This document shows positions 48,837-57,851 of a stretch of 64,000 nt of DNA, piece by piece. The position numbers were made by a program, and so were the translations under genes. Source of the DNA: Bacteroidota bacterium (GTDB taxonomy: Bacteria > Bacteroidota > Bacteroidia > Chitinophagales > Chitinophagaceae); contig CANJRV010000001.1 in NCBI GenBank assembly GCA_947476825.1, positions 12,232 to 76,231 of the forward strand, given 5' to 3'. Each line of letters starts with the position of its first letter. Position 1 is the first letter of the stretch. The notes below the pieces were generated by a model, which made no database searches, was not told where the DNA came from, and saw nothing but the letters and a program-made list of their open reading frames with translations.

Positions 48837-49826
48837 ATGAAAAAAAATCTACTGACACTTGTATTTTTTCTTTGCATTGTTTGCTCAAAGGCACAATTAA
48901 TAATTGATACAACAACCTGTATTAATGGACCAAATGTTTATCTAGATACAATATATACACTTTGTGATACATTACCGCAAGGCAGTTTTAATATTTCGAT
49001 AGAAAACACAAGCAATAATATTTGGCAAATAGGTAAGACTACCAAATTTGGTACAAGCAATAGTAGAGATACATCTTGTGCTATCATGACAGATAGTATA
49101 AATGCCTATCCTATCAATAATTTTTCTGCATTCAAAGTAAATGTGTTTAGTACTTCAGCATCGGGTACATGGGATAATTACAATATCAATTTTAAGTTTT
49201 GGCATAAATTTGATACCGACTCATTAATGGATGGATGTTGGTTAGAGTTCTCCGATGATAGTGGTATCACCTGGAAAAAAGTAGATTCACTTTCATTTAA
49301 TCATTTTTTAAACCAATGGACTGCTTGTAATTTATACAATAACAATTTAACTACTGTAGATTTTGATACGATCCAAGGTGGTACGAATGCTTGGAGTGGA
49401 AATAGCAATGGTTGGCGCTATACTGCACTTTGGGTAAACATGTCAGTTCCAATCAAACCATCTCGCAGTGGATTTATTAATACAATCCGTTTCGTGTTCC
49501 AATCCGATAGTATTAATAACAACAAACAAGGTTGGATAATAGATGACTTTGGATATGGATGGATAGAATCGTGGGGTGCAGTCCAAGATTATTCGCTCTA
49601 CAATCAATTACCTGTTTATCCCAATCCTTCTACTGGCAGTTTTACTATTTCCTATCCTTCGCATTATGTAAAAGGCAAAATAAAAGTATATGATATCCAT
49701 GGTAGAAAATTAATAGACCAAGCTTTATCACCGCAACTGGATTTGAGTAAATATGCGAATGGCTTGTATTATTACAAAGCCAACTTCGATGGTAAAACAT
49801 ATTCAGGTGTGTTGCATAAAAACTAA
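48837..49826 (+). CDS. Secreted protein with T9SS (type A) C-terminal sorting domain
   Basis: Signal peptide. The C-terminus is VYPNPSTGSFTISYP....IKVYDIHGRKLIDQ......LS.YANGLYYYK. Confidence 0.75.
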   Translation: MKKNLLTLVFFLCIVCSKAQLIIDTTTCINGPNVYLDTIYTLCDTLPQGSFNISIENTSNNIWQIGKTTKFGTSNSRDTSCAIMTDSINAYPINNFSAFKVNVFSTSASGTWDNYNINFKFWHKFDTDSLMDGCWLEFSDDSGITWKKVDSLSFNHFLNQWTACNLYNNNLTTVDFDTIQGGTNAWSGNSNGWRYTALWVNMSVPIKPSRSGFINTIRFVFQSDSINNNKQGWIIDDFGYGWIESWGAVQDYSLYNQLPVYPNPSTGSFTISYPSHYVKGKIKVYDIHGRKLIDQALSPQLDLSKYANGLYYYKANFDGKTYSGVLHKN

Positions 49827-49904
49827 ATGCGATACCATTTTATTTCTGTAAACTAGAATTGTTTGTAGGCTTCTAAACATGTAATGAAATGAATAATTTT
49901 TATA

Positions 49905-49997
49905 TGAAGCTGTATTGCGGCAACGATAGAAGTGGAAGTCCTTTTTGCTTGCTTTGAAGCAAAAAGATTGGAACGGATAGCGTGAGTGCCGCCCCAA
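49905..49997 (-). repeat. Repeat family A, copy 3 (inverted orientation, diverged)
   Basis: The reverse complement is ttggggcggcactcacgctatccgttccaatctttttgcttcaaagcaagcaaaaaggacttccacttctatcgttgccgcaatacagcttca. It is about 90% identical to copies 1 and 2, and the central hairpin is identical. Confidence 0.8.
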
Positions 49998-50002
49998 TAA
50001 TA

Positions 50003-50039
50003 CGAGTAGCATTAATTTTTTTCTAAAAATACGCTACGG
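50003..50039. terminator. Palindromic element C, copy H3 (downstream of kbl)
   Basis: cgagtagcattaatttttttctaaaaatacgctacgg shares gtagcatta-T7/8-c-A5/6-t-[ag]c-n-ctacg with H1 at 12389. Confidence 0.5.
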
Positions 50040-50071
50040 TAAATTCTCACAATCAATTTAGTGAAGCCATT

Positions 50072-51280
50072 TTATTTAATCACGCCCAATTCTTTTCCCA
50101 CCTTTGTGAATGCAGCTATCGCTTTATCTAAATCGCTACGTTCATGGCCTGCACTGATTTGTACTCGTATACGCGCATTGCCTTTCGCAACAACTGGAAA
50201 GAAAAATCCAACTACATATATTCCTTCTTCAAGCATACGTGCAGCCATCTTTTGCGCCAAAACCGCATCATACAACATGATTGGCACTATTGGGTGTATG
50301 CCAGGTTTAATATCAAAACCTGCTTGGGTAATTTGTTCTCTAAAGTAAATGGTATTTTGTTCTAGCTTATCACGCAATGCAGTTGTTTCACTTAACATAT
50401 CTAATATAGCAATGGATGCACCTACTACACTTGGTGCTACCGTATTGGAAAATAAATAAGGTCTACTTTTTTGGCGTAGCATGTCTATCACTTCTTTACG
50501 ACCGCTAGTAAAACCACCACTTGCTCCACCTAAAGCTTTGCCCAAAGTTCCAGTTATAATATCTACTCTACCCATCACATTACATAACTCATGTACACCT
50601 CTACCCGTTTTACCCATAAAACCACTCGAGTGCGATTCATCTATCATGACGATAGCATCATACTTATCGGCAAGGTCACAAATGATATCTAATTTTGCAA
50701 TCGTACCATCCATACTAAACACACTATCTGTGGCTATCATACGGCTTCGGCAATGTTGTGTGGCTATTAATTTTTCTTCTAGCTCTTTCATATCACCATG
50801 CTTATAACGATGTCTTTCCGCTTTGCAAAGTCTTACTCCATCAATAATGGAAGCATGATTTAATTCATCTGAAATAATCGCATCTTGCTCATTCAATAAG
50901 GGTTCAAACAAACCACCATTCGCATCAAATGCTGCACAATAAAGTATAGTATCTTCTGTACCTAAGAAGGTAGAAAGTTTAGCTTCCAATTCTTTATGAA
51001 TATCCTGTGTACCGCAAATAAATCGAACACTACTCATACCATAACCACGATTATCAATAGCATGATGTGCAGCTTCAATTGTTTTCGGATGTGAGGATAA
51101 ACCCAAATAATTGTTTGCGCAAAAGTTCAATACGTTTTCACCATTTGCGGTAATATGTGCTGATTGTACAGATGAAATTATTCGCTCATTTTTAAACAAT
51201 CCTGCTTCTTTTATTTCTGTTATTTCACTTCCTATTCGATCTACTAATTTTTGGTTCATGATTTTTGATTTTGCGGACAA
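50072..51280 (-). CDS. kbl: Glycine C-acetyltransferase (2-amino-3-ketobutyrate CoA ligase)
   Basis: [28 protein letters not shown], and the PLP-Lys in GTLGKALGG. Confidence 0.9.
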   Translation of the reverse strand: MSAKSKIMNQKLVDRIGSEITEIKEAGLFKNERIISSVQSAHITANGENVLNFCANNYLGLSSHPKTIEAAHHAIDNRGYGMSSVRFICGTQDIHKELEAKLSTFLGTEDTILYCAAFDANGGLFEPLLNEQDAIISDELNHASIIDGVRLCKAERHRYKHGDMKELEEKLIATQHCRSRMIATDSVFSMDGTIAKLDIICDLADKYDAIVMIDESHSSGFMGKTGRGVHELCNVMGRVDIITGTLGKALGGASGGFTSGRKEVIDMLRQKSRPYLFSNTVAPSVVGASIAILDMLSETTALRDKLEQNTIYFREQITQAGFDIKPGIHPIVPIMLYDAVLAQKMAARMLEEGIYVVGFFFPVVAKGNARIRVQISAGHERSDLDKAIAAFTKVGKELGVIK

Positions 51281-51373
51281 AGATAGAAGGTAATTTTGAT
51301 TTGAAAATTGGATGATTTAAGATTGATGGGAATTCCAAAAATTATTCTCTATCTTTAATTTTTCAATGCATTG

Positions 51374-53686
51374 ATGATAAAGAGAGTCCCTATATTCTTG
51401 CTTGTTTTTTTGTGTACGCTACTTAATCAAGTTGAAGCACAAAATGGACAATGGACTTGGATAAAAGGGGATAGCGTAGCCACTTTAGGGAACTACGGTG
51501 TATTGGGAGTTTCTAGTCCAATCAATGAACCACCTGCTCGCTATCATTGTATACATTGGCTCGATACGAGTGGAAATTTTTGGATATTCGGCGGTGCTTT
51601 TACAAGTGGATTTAATACGAACAATGATCTATGGCGGTATAAACCAACTACCAATGAATGGACTTGGATGAGTGGCCCACAAACAAACAATAATACTGCT
51701 GGTGTATTCGGAACGCAAGGCATTCCTTCTGTCAATAATTTTCCACCTGCAACGCAAACCACAGGTATTTCTTGGACCGATTCTTCGAACAATCTATGGT
51801 TGATGCACAAATATGGAGACCTTTGGAAATATGACATTGCAAGCAATGAATGGACTTGGGTAAAAGGTAGTGGATTACCTAACCAAGCGGCTGTCTATGG
51901 CACACAAGGAGTTTCGGACAATGCCAATACACCGGGTGCTAATAATGAAAACAAAGTTGCATGGATAGATTCTTTAAACAATCTTTGGTTATATCAAAAT
52001 TCAAATGTTTGGAAATATACCATGAGCTCTAATGCATGGACTTGGATGAAGGGAAATGGAAGTTCACCAGCGGTTCCTTCTTATGGTACTAAAGGTGTTC
52101 CAGCTGCTTCAAATCAACCTTTTGCGAAAAATGGTTTTATCTATTGGCAGGATAAAAATGATAAATTCTATATGGGCTTTGCAAGCTTTAATGGTATCAC
52201 TTCTACCTTATGGTTATACGATCCTGCCACCAATTTATGGACTTGGGTTAGTGGTGAACAAGGTATTGGCGTAAATAGTAATAAAAATTTTATCAGTAAA
52301 TGTACAGCATCTGTGGATAGAAGTCCGGGTATTAGAATTGAATCTAGATCCGCTTATAATAACTCTGCATGTGATGGATTATTTTGGTTTCATGGAGGTA
52401 ATGTTTATCAACAAGGACCTAGTAGTGATTTATGGATTTATAGTCCAAAAGAAAATACTTGGCGTTGGGTATGGGGCGATTCTACAAGTACTATTTCATC
52501 TAGTTATGGAACAAAAGGCGTTTCATCTGCTACCAATATTCCACCACCTCGACAAGGACATTGCATGTGGGGAGATAAAAAACAAGGTGTTTGGGTATTT
52601 GGCGGATTGGCAAACAATGGCATAGTTCATAATAGCAATGATTTATGGTATTATGCACCCGATACCAATTGTATTAATTTCCATCCAAACAATATAGAAT
52701 TATTGGTATTACATCCTCCAATGGATACTTCATTATGTATTGGCGAAAACACCATTATGCCTGTAGATACATCTTATGAAATTACGGTGCAGCCAAACAC
52801 AGGATATACGTTCAATGCGGATACAAGTATCATTACCTTCCAACCATCTACCACCACCACATATACAGTAATTGCAGATAAAAAAAATACTTGCTCTAAA
52901 ACTGTATCTATTTCATTCACTATCGTCGTAAACAACTTTTTTCTTCCCCCTTTTCATGATGCTACTATTTGTGCTAATTCTACGTATTCATTACCACTCG
53001 ATAGTACCTACCATTTTCAATTTACGCCATCAGCTTCAGTAACTTATACACCAGGTGATTCACTTGCTCTATTTTCACCAACAGATACAACAACGTATAC
53101 GATTACTGGTACACGCTTTGAATGTAATGCGAATGACACTAGTCATTTTACCATTCGAGTTATTCCAAACCCAATTGCAGATTTTGTTATTTCCCCAACT
53201 TCAGTTTTAATCGATTCACCTACTTTACATTTAATAAATACAAGCCAATATACAACACACTATGATTGGTTTATAGGAAACAAATATTTAGGATCAAACG
53301 TTCCTATTCATTATTTGGCATCTTCTGTAGGGCAATATTGTTTCACGCTTATTGCCTATAATACGCTTGGGTGCAGTGATACGGCAATTCATTGTGGAAA
53401 TGTTTTATATAACGACCATTTATTTATACCTAATTCTTTCAGTCCGAATGGGGATGGACTAAACGATGAGTTTCATATACTTGCTTATCAACTTCATTTA
53501 TTACACTTTACTATTTATAATCGCTGGGGCGAAAAAGTATTTTCAGCTACAGACCCAACATTTGGCTGGGACGGAAATTACAAAGGTGAAAAAGCACCAA
53601 TTTCTACTTACTATTATTTTGTGGAGTATCTAGATAAAAATGGTGAAAAACGATTAATAAAAGGTGATGTAACCTTATTGCGTTAA
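51374..53686 (+). CDS. Kelch/beta-propeller repeat protein with T9SS type B (gliding-motility CHU_C) sorting domain
   Basis: Repeated ..NEWTW[MV].G.. blades occur at least 5 times. The C-terminus is FIPNSFSPNGDGLNDEF....FTIYNRWGEKVF....GWDG.Y.GE. Confidence 0.8.
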   Translation: MIKRVPIFLLVFLCTLLNQVEAQNGQWTWIKGDSVATLGNYGVLGVSSPINEPPARYHCIHWLDTSGNFWIFGGAFTSGFNTNNDLWRYKPTTNEWTWMSGPQTNNNTAGVFGTQGIPSVNNFPPATQTTGISWTDSSNNLWLMHKYGDLWKYDIASNEWTWVKGSGLPNQAAVYGTQGVSDNANTPGANNENKVAWIDSLNNLWLYQNSNVWKYTMSSNAWTWMKGNGSSPAVPSYGTKGVPAASNQPFAKNGFIYWQDKNDKFYMGFASFNGITSTLWLYDPATNLWTWVSGEQGIGVNSNKNFISKCTASVDRSPGIRIESRSAYNNSACDGLFWFHGGNVYQQGPSSDLWIYSPKENTWRWVWGDSTSTISSSYGTKGVSSATNIPPPRQGHCMWGDKKQGVWVFGGLANNGIVHNSNDLWYYAPDTNCINFHPNNIELLVLHPPMDTSLCIGENTIMPVDTSYEITVQPNTGYTFNADTSIITFQPSTTTTYTVIADKKNTCSKTVSISFTIVVNNFFLPPFHDATICANSTYSLPLDSTYHFQFTPSASVTYTPGDSLALFSPTDTTTYTITGTRFECNANDTSHFTIRVIPNPIADFVISPTSVLIDSPTLHLINTSQYTTHYDWFIGNKYLGSNVPIHYLASSVGQYCFTLIAYNTLGCSDTAIHCGNVLYNDHLFIPNSFSPNGDGLNDEFHILAYQLHLLHFTIYNRWGEKVFSATDPTFGWDGNYKGEKAPISTYYYFVEYLDKNGEKRLIKGDVTLLR

Positions 53687-53708
53687 TTATTTTCTTTCTA
53701 AAAAATAA

Positions 53709-54062
53709 TTAATAAAAAGCATCTTTTATATGTAATAGCTCTGGCTCTTTATTTTTTTGTAGTAAAATAGAAATGACATCAAAGCGAATGTCTTTGTATT
53801 TTTTGTCGTACAAATAAATACGCGCCGCTTCAATAACGCTTTCTATTTTCCTTGCAGATATAGATTCTTCGGGCATTCCATGCAAAGTTGTTGTTCGTGT
53901 TTTTACTTCAACAAATATATAAATATCTTCTTGCTGCGCAATAATATCAATTTCTTTATGGCCTGTAGTCCAATTCTTTTCTGTAATTAAATACCCTTGT
54001 TTTTGCAAATATTCTATTGCCATTTCTTCTCCTTGATCGCCAATGTTTCTATTTCTATTCAT
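53709..54062 (-). CDS. YraN-family (UPF0102) endonuclease-like protein
   Basis: GEEMAIEYL...GY.I...NW....EIDII.......FVEVKTR. Confidence 0.85.
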   Translation of the reverse strand: MNRNRNIGDQGEEMAIEYLQKQGYLITEKNWTTGHKEIDIIAQQEDIYIFVEVKTRTTTLHGMPEESISARKIESVIEAARIYLYDKKYKDIRFDVISILLQKNKEPELLHIKDAFY

Positions 54063-54093
54063 TTTATGCTAAATTTACAGGTTTTACTTATTT

Positions 54094-55077
54094 ATGAAAA
54101 AATTAATTCAACAATTCCCGCAACAATTGAGCGAAGCTATCGCCATTGGTAGAGCAAATAAAATCAATTTTGAAAACACCACTTTCAATCAAGTATTGCT
54201 CAGTGGCTTAGGTGGAAGTGGAATAGGTGGCACTATTGTTCAAGATTATATGAACGATAAATTGAGTATTCCATTTGCTGTAAATAAAAATTATGCTATT
54301 CCAAAAAGCGTACAAAAAAATACGCTTTTCATTGCTTGTTCTTATTCTGGTAATACCGAAGAAACTATTCAAGCTGTTCAAGAAGCCAAAAAAAGGAAAG
54401 CCATTATTGTTTGCATTACATCTGGTGGATTACTTGCAGATTTTGCTAAAAAAAATAAATATCCTTGCATACTCATTCCAGCCGGAATGCCACCACGTGC
54501 ATGTTTGGGCTATTCCTTAGTTCAAATTTTATACATTCTCCATTACGCCAATCTATTAAATGCCTCATTTGAAAAAGAATTATTAAGCGCAATAGAGTTA
54601 GTTAAAAAAGAAACCAAAGCCATACAGAAGCAGGCACAAACAATCGCCTCTAAACTATTAAATAAATTAATTGCCATATATAGTGTTGTAGGTAATGAAG
54701 GTTTAGCCATTCGTTTTAGACAACAATTAAATGAAAACAGTAAAGTACTTGCTTGGCATAATATAACTCCAGAAATGACCCACAATGAAATAGTAGGTTG
54801 GAAAACAGCTCATGATGAACTTGCGATAATATTATGTAGCAATGCAAGTGATTATGAACGCAATATAGAGCGTATGCGCATTTTGAAAACCGTAATTAAA
54901 AAATATTCGAACAACATAATCGAAATAAAAACTAAAGGCGAAAATTTTTGGGAGCGCTCCTTCTATTTTATTCATCTGACCGATTGGGTATCTGTATTCC
55001 TAGCAGACTTGAATGGAGCAGATGCAATAGAAGTAAAAGTAATTGATTTCTTGAAAGGTACTATGGCGAAAAAATAA
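54094..55077 (+). CDS. Bifunctional phosphoglucose/phosphomannose isomerase (SIS domain)
   Basis: SGLGGSGIGG, CSYSGNTEET, and the ..HNEIVGW.. motif. Confidence 0.75.
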   Translation: MKKLIQQFPQQLSEAIAIGRANKINFENTTFNQVLLSGLGGSGIGGTIVQDYMNDKLSIPFAVNKNYAIPKSVQKNTLFIACSYSGNTEETIQAVQEAKKRKAIIVCITSGGLLADFAKKNKYPCILIPAGMPPRACLGYSLVQILYILHYANLLNASFEKELLSAIELVKKETKAIQKQAQTIASKLLNKLIAIYSVVGNEGLAIRFRQQLNENSKVLAWHNITPEMTHNEIVGWKTAHDELAIILCSNASDYERNIERMRILKTVIKKYSNNIIEIKTKGENFWERSFYFIHLTDWVSVFLADLNGADAIEVKVIDFLKGTMAKK

Positions 55078-55116
55078 TGTTGCAATTGTCAATAACAAAG
55101 TAGAAATTTGACCCCT

Positions 55117-55689
55117 ATGAAAAATAATACTAATTCTATAGCCTTCGTTTGCGCACTCATTTTTATCACTGCCATTTTCAGAGTGATTAATGCTGAAGCA
55201 CATTTGTACAATTTAGTTCCTATTGCCGCCATCGGTTTATTCAGTGGGAGTATTTTACAAAATCGCAAATGGGCTTATCTGATTCCACTTGTAGCTATAT
55301 TCTTATCTGATCTTGGATTAGAATTGTTTACAAAAACACCTGGGTTTTATGGCATTTCACAATTTATCAATTATGGTGCATTGGCTTTGGTTACACTGTT
55401 AGGCACTCAATTGGTGAAACGTAAACCTTTGCAAATTGCTGGCTTTACATTAACAGGTTCCTTGATTTTCTTTTTGTTGTCTAATTTCGGTACCTTTTTA
55501 CAAGGTTATTACGGATTTAGTTTTTCAGGTTTAATCACTTGCTATACGATGGCAATACCATTCTACAAATATGAAATGGCAACTACATTTTTTGTGAATA
55601 GCTTTATGGGTGATTTACTTTTCTCAACAATAGCTTTTAGTCTTTTATCTGCAATACAAACCAGAGAAAATAAAATGCAAGTCATTTAA
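55117..55689 (+). CDS. Small polytopic membrane protein (DUF6580-like putative transporter component)
   Basis: 5-6 TM helices. FRVI.....YNLVPIAAIGLFSG resembles that family. From recollection only. Confidence 0.5.
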   Translation: MKNNTNSIAFVCALIFITAIFRVINAEAHLYNLVPIAAIGLFSGSILQNRKWAYLIPLVAIFLSDLGLELFTKTPGFYGISQFINYGALALVTLLGTQLVKRKPLQIAGFTLTGSLIFFLLSNFGTFLQGYYGFSFSGLITCYTMAIPFYKYEMATTFFVNSFMGDLLFSTIAFSLLSAIQTRENKMQVI

Positions 55690-55708
55690 AATTAAAATAA
55701 ATTATACT

Positions 55709-55743
55709 AAAAAATGCGAATCGATTTTGATTCGCATTTTTTT
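55709..55743 (+). terminator. Intrinsic terminator
   Basis: atgcgaatc-gatttt-gattcgcat followed by T6. Confidence 0.8.
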
Positions 55744-55770
55744 GGCTTCAATACTATTTCGTTTTGAGAT

Positions 55771-55888
55771 GTTTATTTCTAGTCTTATACCGATGTGAAA
55801 TAATAGATAGATCATCATTATCCAATCGTCATAATACCTTCTGAGATTTCTAAAAAGCCCTTTGGTCTATTTTATACATCAAGATGAT
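55771..55888 (-). repeat. Repeat family B, copy 1 (118 nt)
   Basis: The reverse complement aligns with 62960-63062 plus 63161-63176 at about 86% identity by eye. It begins 1 nt after the stop codon of 55890-57851. Confidence 0.8.
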
Positions 55889-55889
55889 A

Positions 55890-57851
55890 TTACAATTTCT
55901 CCAATACCACTACTATTTTATTAAAGTCAGCGGCAGCATTTATTACCTTTTTATAAGTATCATATTCTTTCTTAGCAGTAAACGTTTCATGGTATATTTC
56001 AAACACATTTACTTCCAATATATTTCCAGTTAAGGTATAATCAGATACGAATTTACAGGATTCATGGCCATCTACATTGGCTATTACATCCATCTTTAAT
56101 TTGTCTACATTATTTACTTTATATCCAGATGGTATGGTCACTTTAATATTTCTAGTGTACTGATGCGCATTGGGTATTTCTAAGTCAAATTTCCTTTCTT
56201 TCTCTTGGTACATTTCTTCTTGTCTACCAATAAGTTCACCTATTTTAAACAAGTATTTATTGCCCGCTTTTTCAATATTATTAGTTGCATGTATGGTTGC
56301 ACTTACACGCAAAGGCTTACCCATCATAAACGATTTGTAATCATTATTTTCATATTTAAAATTATCAATCTTCTCATCCTTTTGGCTAGTTCGCAAAACA
56401 TCTTTAGTAGCTTCATCTCTTTTTTCTTTTTCTAAGAAAACAAAAATTGGCATCACATCTATTGCATTATATCCTTTGAATTCATTGGCAATTTGAATGA
56501 TGGAAATATCCATCGCTGCATTGAATGTAACACTGACTTCATGATTATGGTAACTCAATTCTGGCGCCATTTCTGGAATTTTTCTATTCTCAGCACTGGC
56601 TGTTACAATATCGCCAAGCTGTAAAGTTTTACAAAAAAAACTTTGGTTACCACACCAAGTTGGTGGAATAAATGGGGTTCTATAAAATGGTTCGTTCGGC
56701 GCTAGATACTGTTTGGTTTCTGGAAAATAAAACATGCATTCTTTCAGATTATCCGCATTCACAAAATTATAATCAAACTCTTTTGTAAAGCGACTTATAG
56801 TATAGCCCATTTCGTAGGTGATGTTTTGTACAGTAAATAGTAGTGCAAATAAATTTTTTATACCGCTTTCATTAGTTACTTTATTTTTTAAAATAAAATC
56901 TATATTAGACGCATTTTCATCTGCTACATATTCTTGTTGTACGAAAGTTGTTTTTACAAAATTTTCTATCCATGCTATTTTTTCTTTGTTGCTGGTACAT
57001 GCAGCAAATTCTTTATTGTCTTCAAGTAATTTCTTAACTGCCTTTTTTTCTTTATCCGTAAATTGAGAATAACTTGTATAAATGGTTTTTGCAATGCCAT
57101 CCCAAGTGTAAATCCGAATACCTCTACCTTTAGCGTTTAAATTATAGGTAAACACATATTCTATTCGTGCAAAGTGTGGTAAATACGATGCATATTTTTC
57201 TTCCTCCAAGCCTATCAAATTTTCACTATGTGCTAGTACATGATTTTTTTCTTCAAACACAGAATCCTTTTCTACTTTCACTTGGTTATAACTCTTCAAT
57301 TCAAAAATTAATGCAGATGGTGTAATCAGTTCAAAATTATTTTCGATTGTTGGTATTGCATCTTGCAAATACTCTGTTCCAAAAGAAGTAAATCTTTGTT
57401 CTTGAAATACTATATATTCTATTTCTGCACCTTTTTCTACACCTTCCATTGCAAATATTTTATCCATATTTCCTTGCTCATCTGTTAAGTCTTTAAAAGC
57501 ATCTGCGTTTAATGCAATAACCTTACCCGAAGACGTAATCGTGCGTGCTTTAACAGATACAATGGGTTGTTCCTTGCTGTATCCAATTTTTATTTTGTTA
57601 TACATTTCAATGCCCTTCTCATCATTTACACGTATTATTCTATGTATTCTTTTCATGAACATAATATCGTCCTTCCCTTTGGGAACGAGTTCCATCTGTA
57701 TATCTTCTCGGATGACAATTGCACTTTCCTTCAAAAAGGACGCATTTTTGATGTTATGCAATTCTGGTTTTTCTTCCCAAGAAATATTCAACAACTGGCA
57801 ATAGCCTTGCATAGAAATTAAGACAAGGGCGATACAAAATAGTTTTTTCAT
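55890..57851 (-). CDS. DUF3857-like secreted protein
   Basis: Signal peptide and 653 aa. Its ATG overlaps the stop of the upstream transglutaminase-like gene (TAATG). The family call rests on size, context and recollection. Confidence 0.6.
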   Translation of the reverse strand: MKKLFCIALVLISMQGYCQLLNISWEEKPELHNIKNASFLKESAIVIREDIQMELVPKGKDDIMFMKRIHRIIRVNDEKGIEMYNKIKIGYSKEQPIVSVKARTITSSGKVIALNADAFKDLTDEQGNMDKIFAMEGVEKGAEIEYIVFQEQRFTSFGTEYLQDAIPTIENNFELITPSALIFELKSYNQVKVEKDSVFEEKNHVLAHSENLIGLEEEKYASYLPHFARIEYVFTYNLNAKGRGIRIYTWDGIAKTIYTSYSQFTDKEKKAVKKLLEDNKEFAACTSNKEKIAWIENFVKTTFVQQEYVADENASNIDFILKNKVTNESGIKNLFALLFTVQNITYEMGYTISRFTKEFDYNFVNADNLKECMFYFPETKQYLAPNEPFYRTPFIPPTWCGNQSFFCKTLQLGDIVTASAENRKIPEMAPELSYHNHEVSVTFNAAMDISIIQIANEFKGYNAIDVMPIFVFLEKEKRDEATKDVLRTSQKDEKIDNFKYENNDYKSFMMGKPLRVSATIHATNNIEKAGNKYLFKIGELIGRQEEMYQEKERKFDLEIPNAHQYTRNIKVTIPSGYKVNNVDKLKMDVIANVDGHESCKFVSDYTLTGNILEVNVFEIYHETFTAKKEYDTYKKVINAAADFNKIVVVLEKL

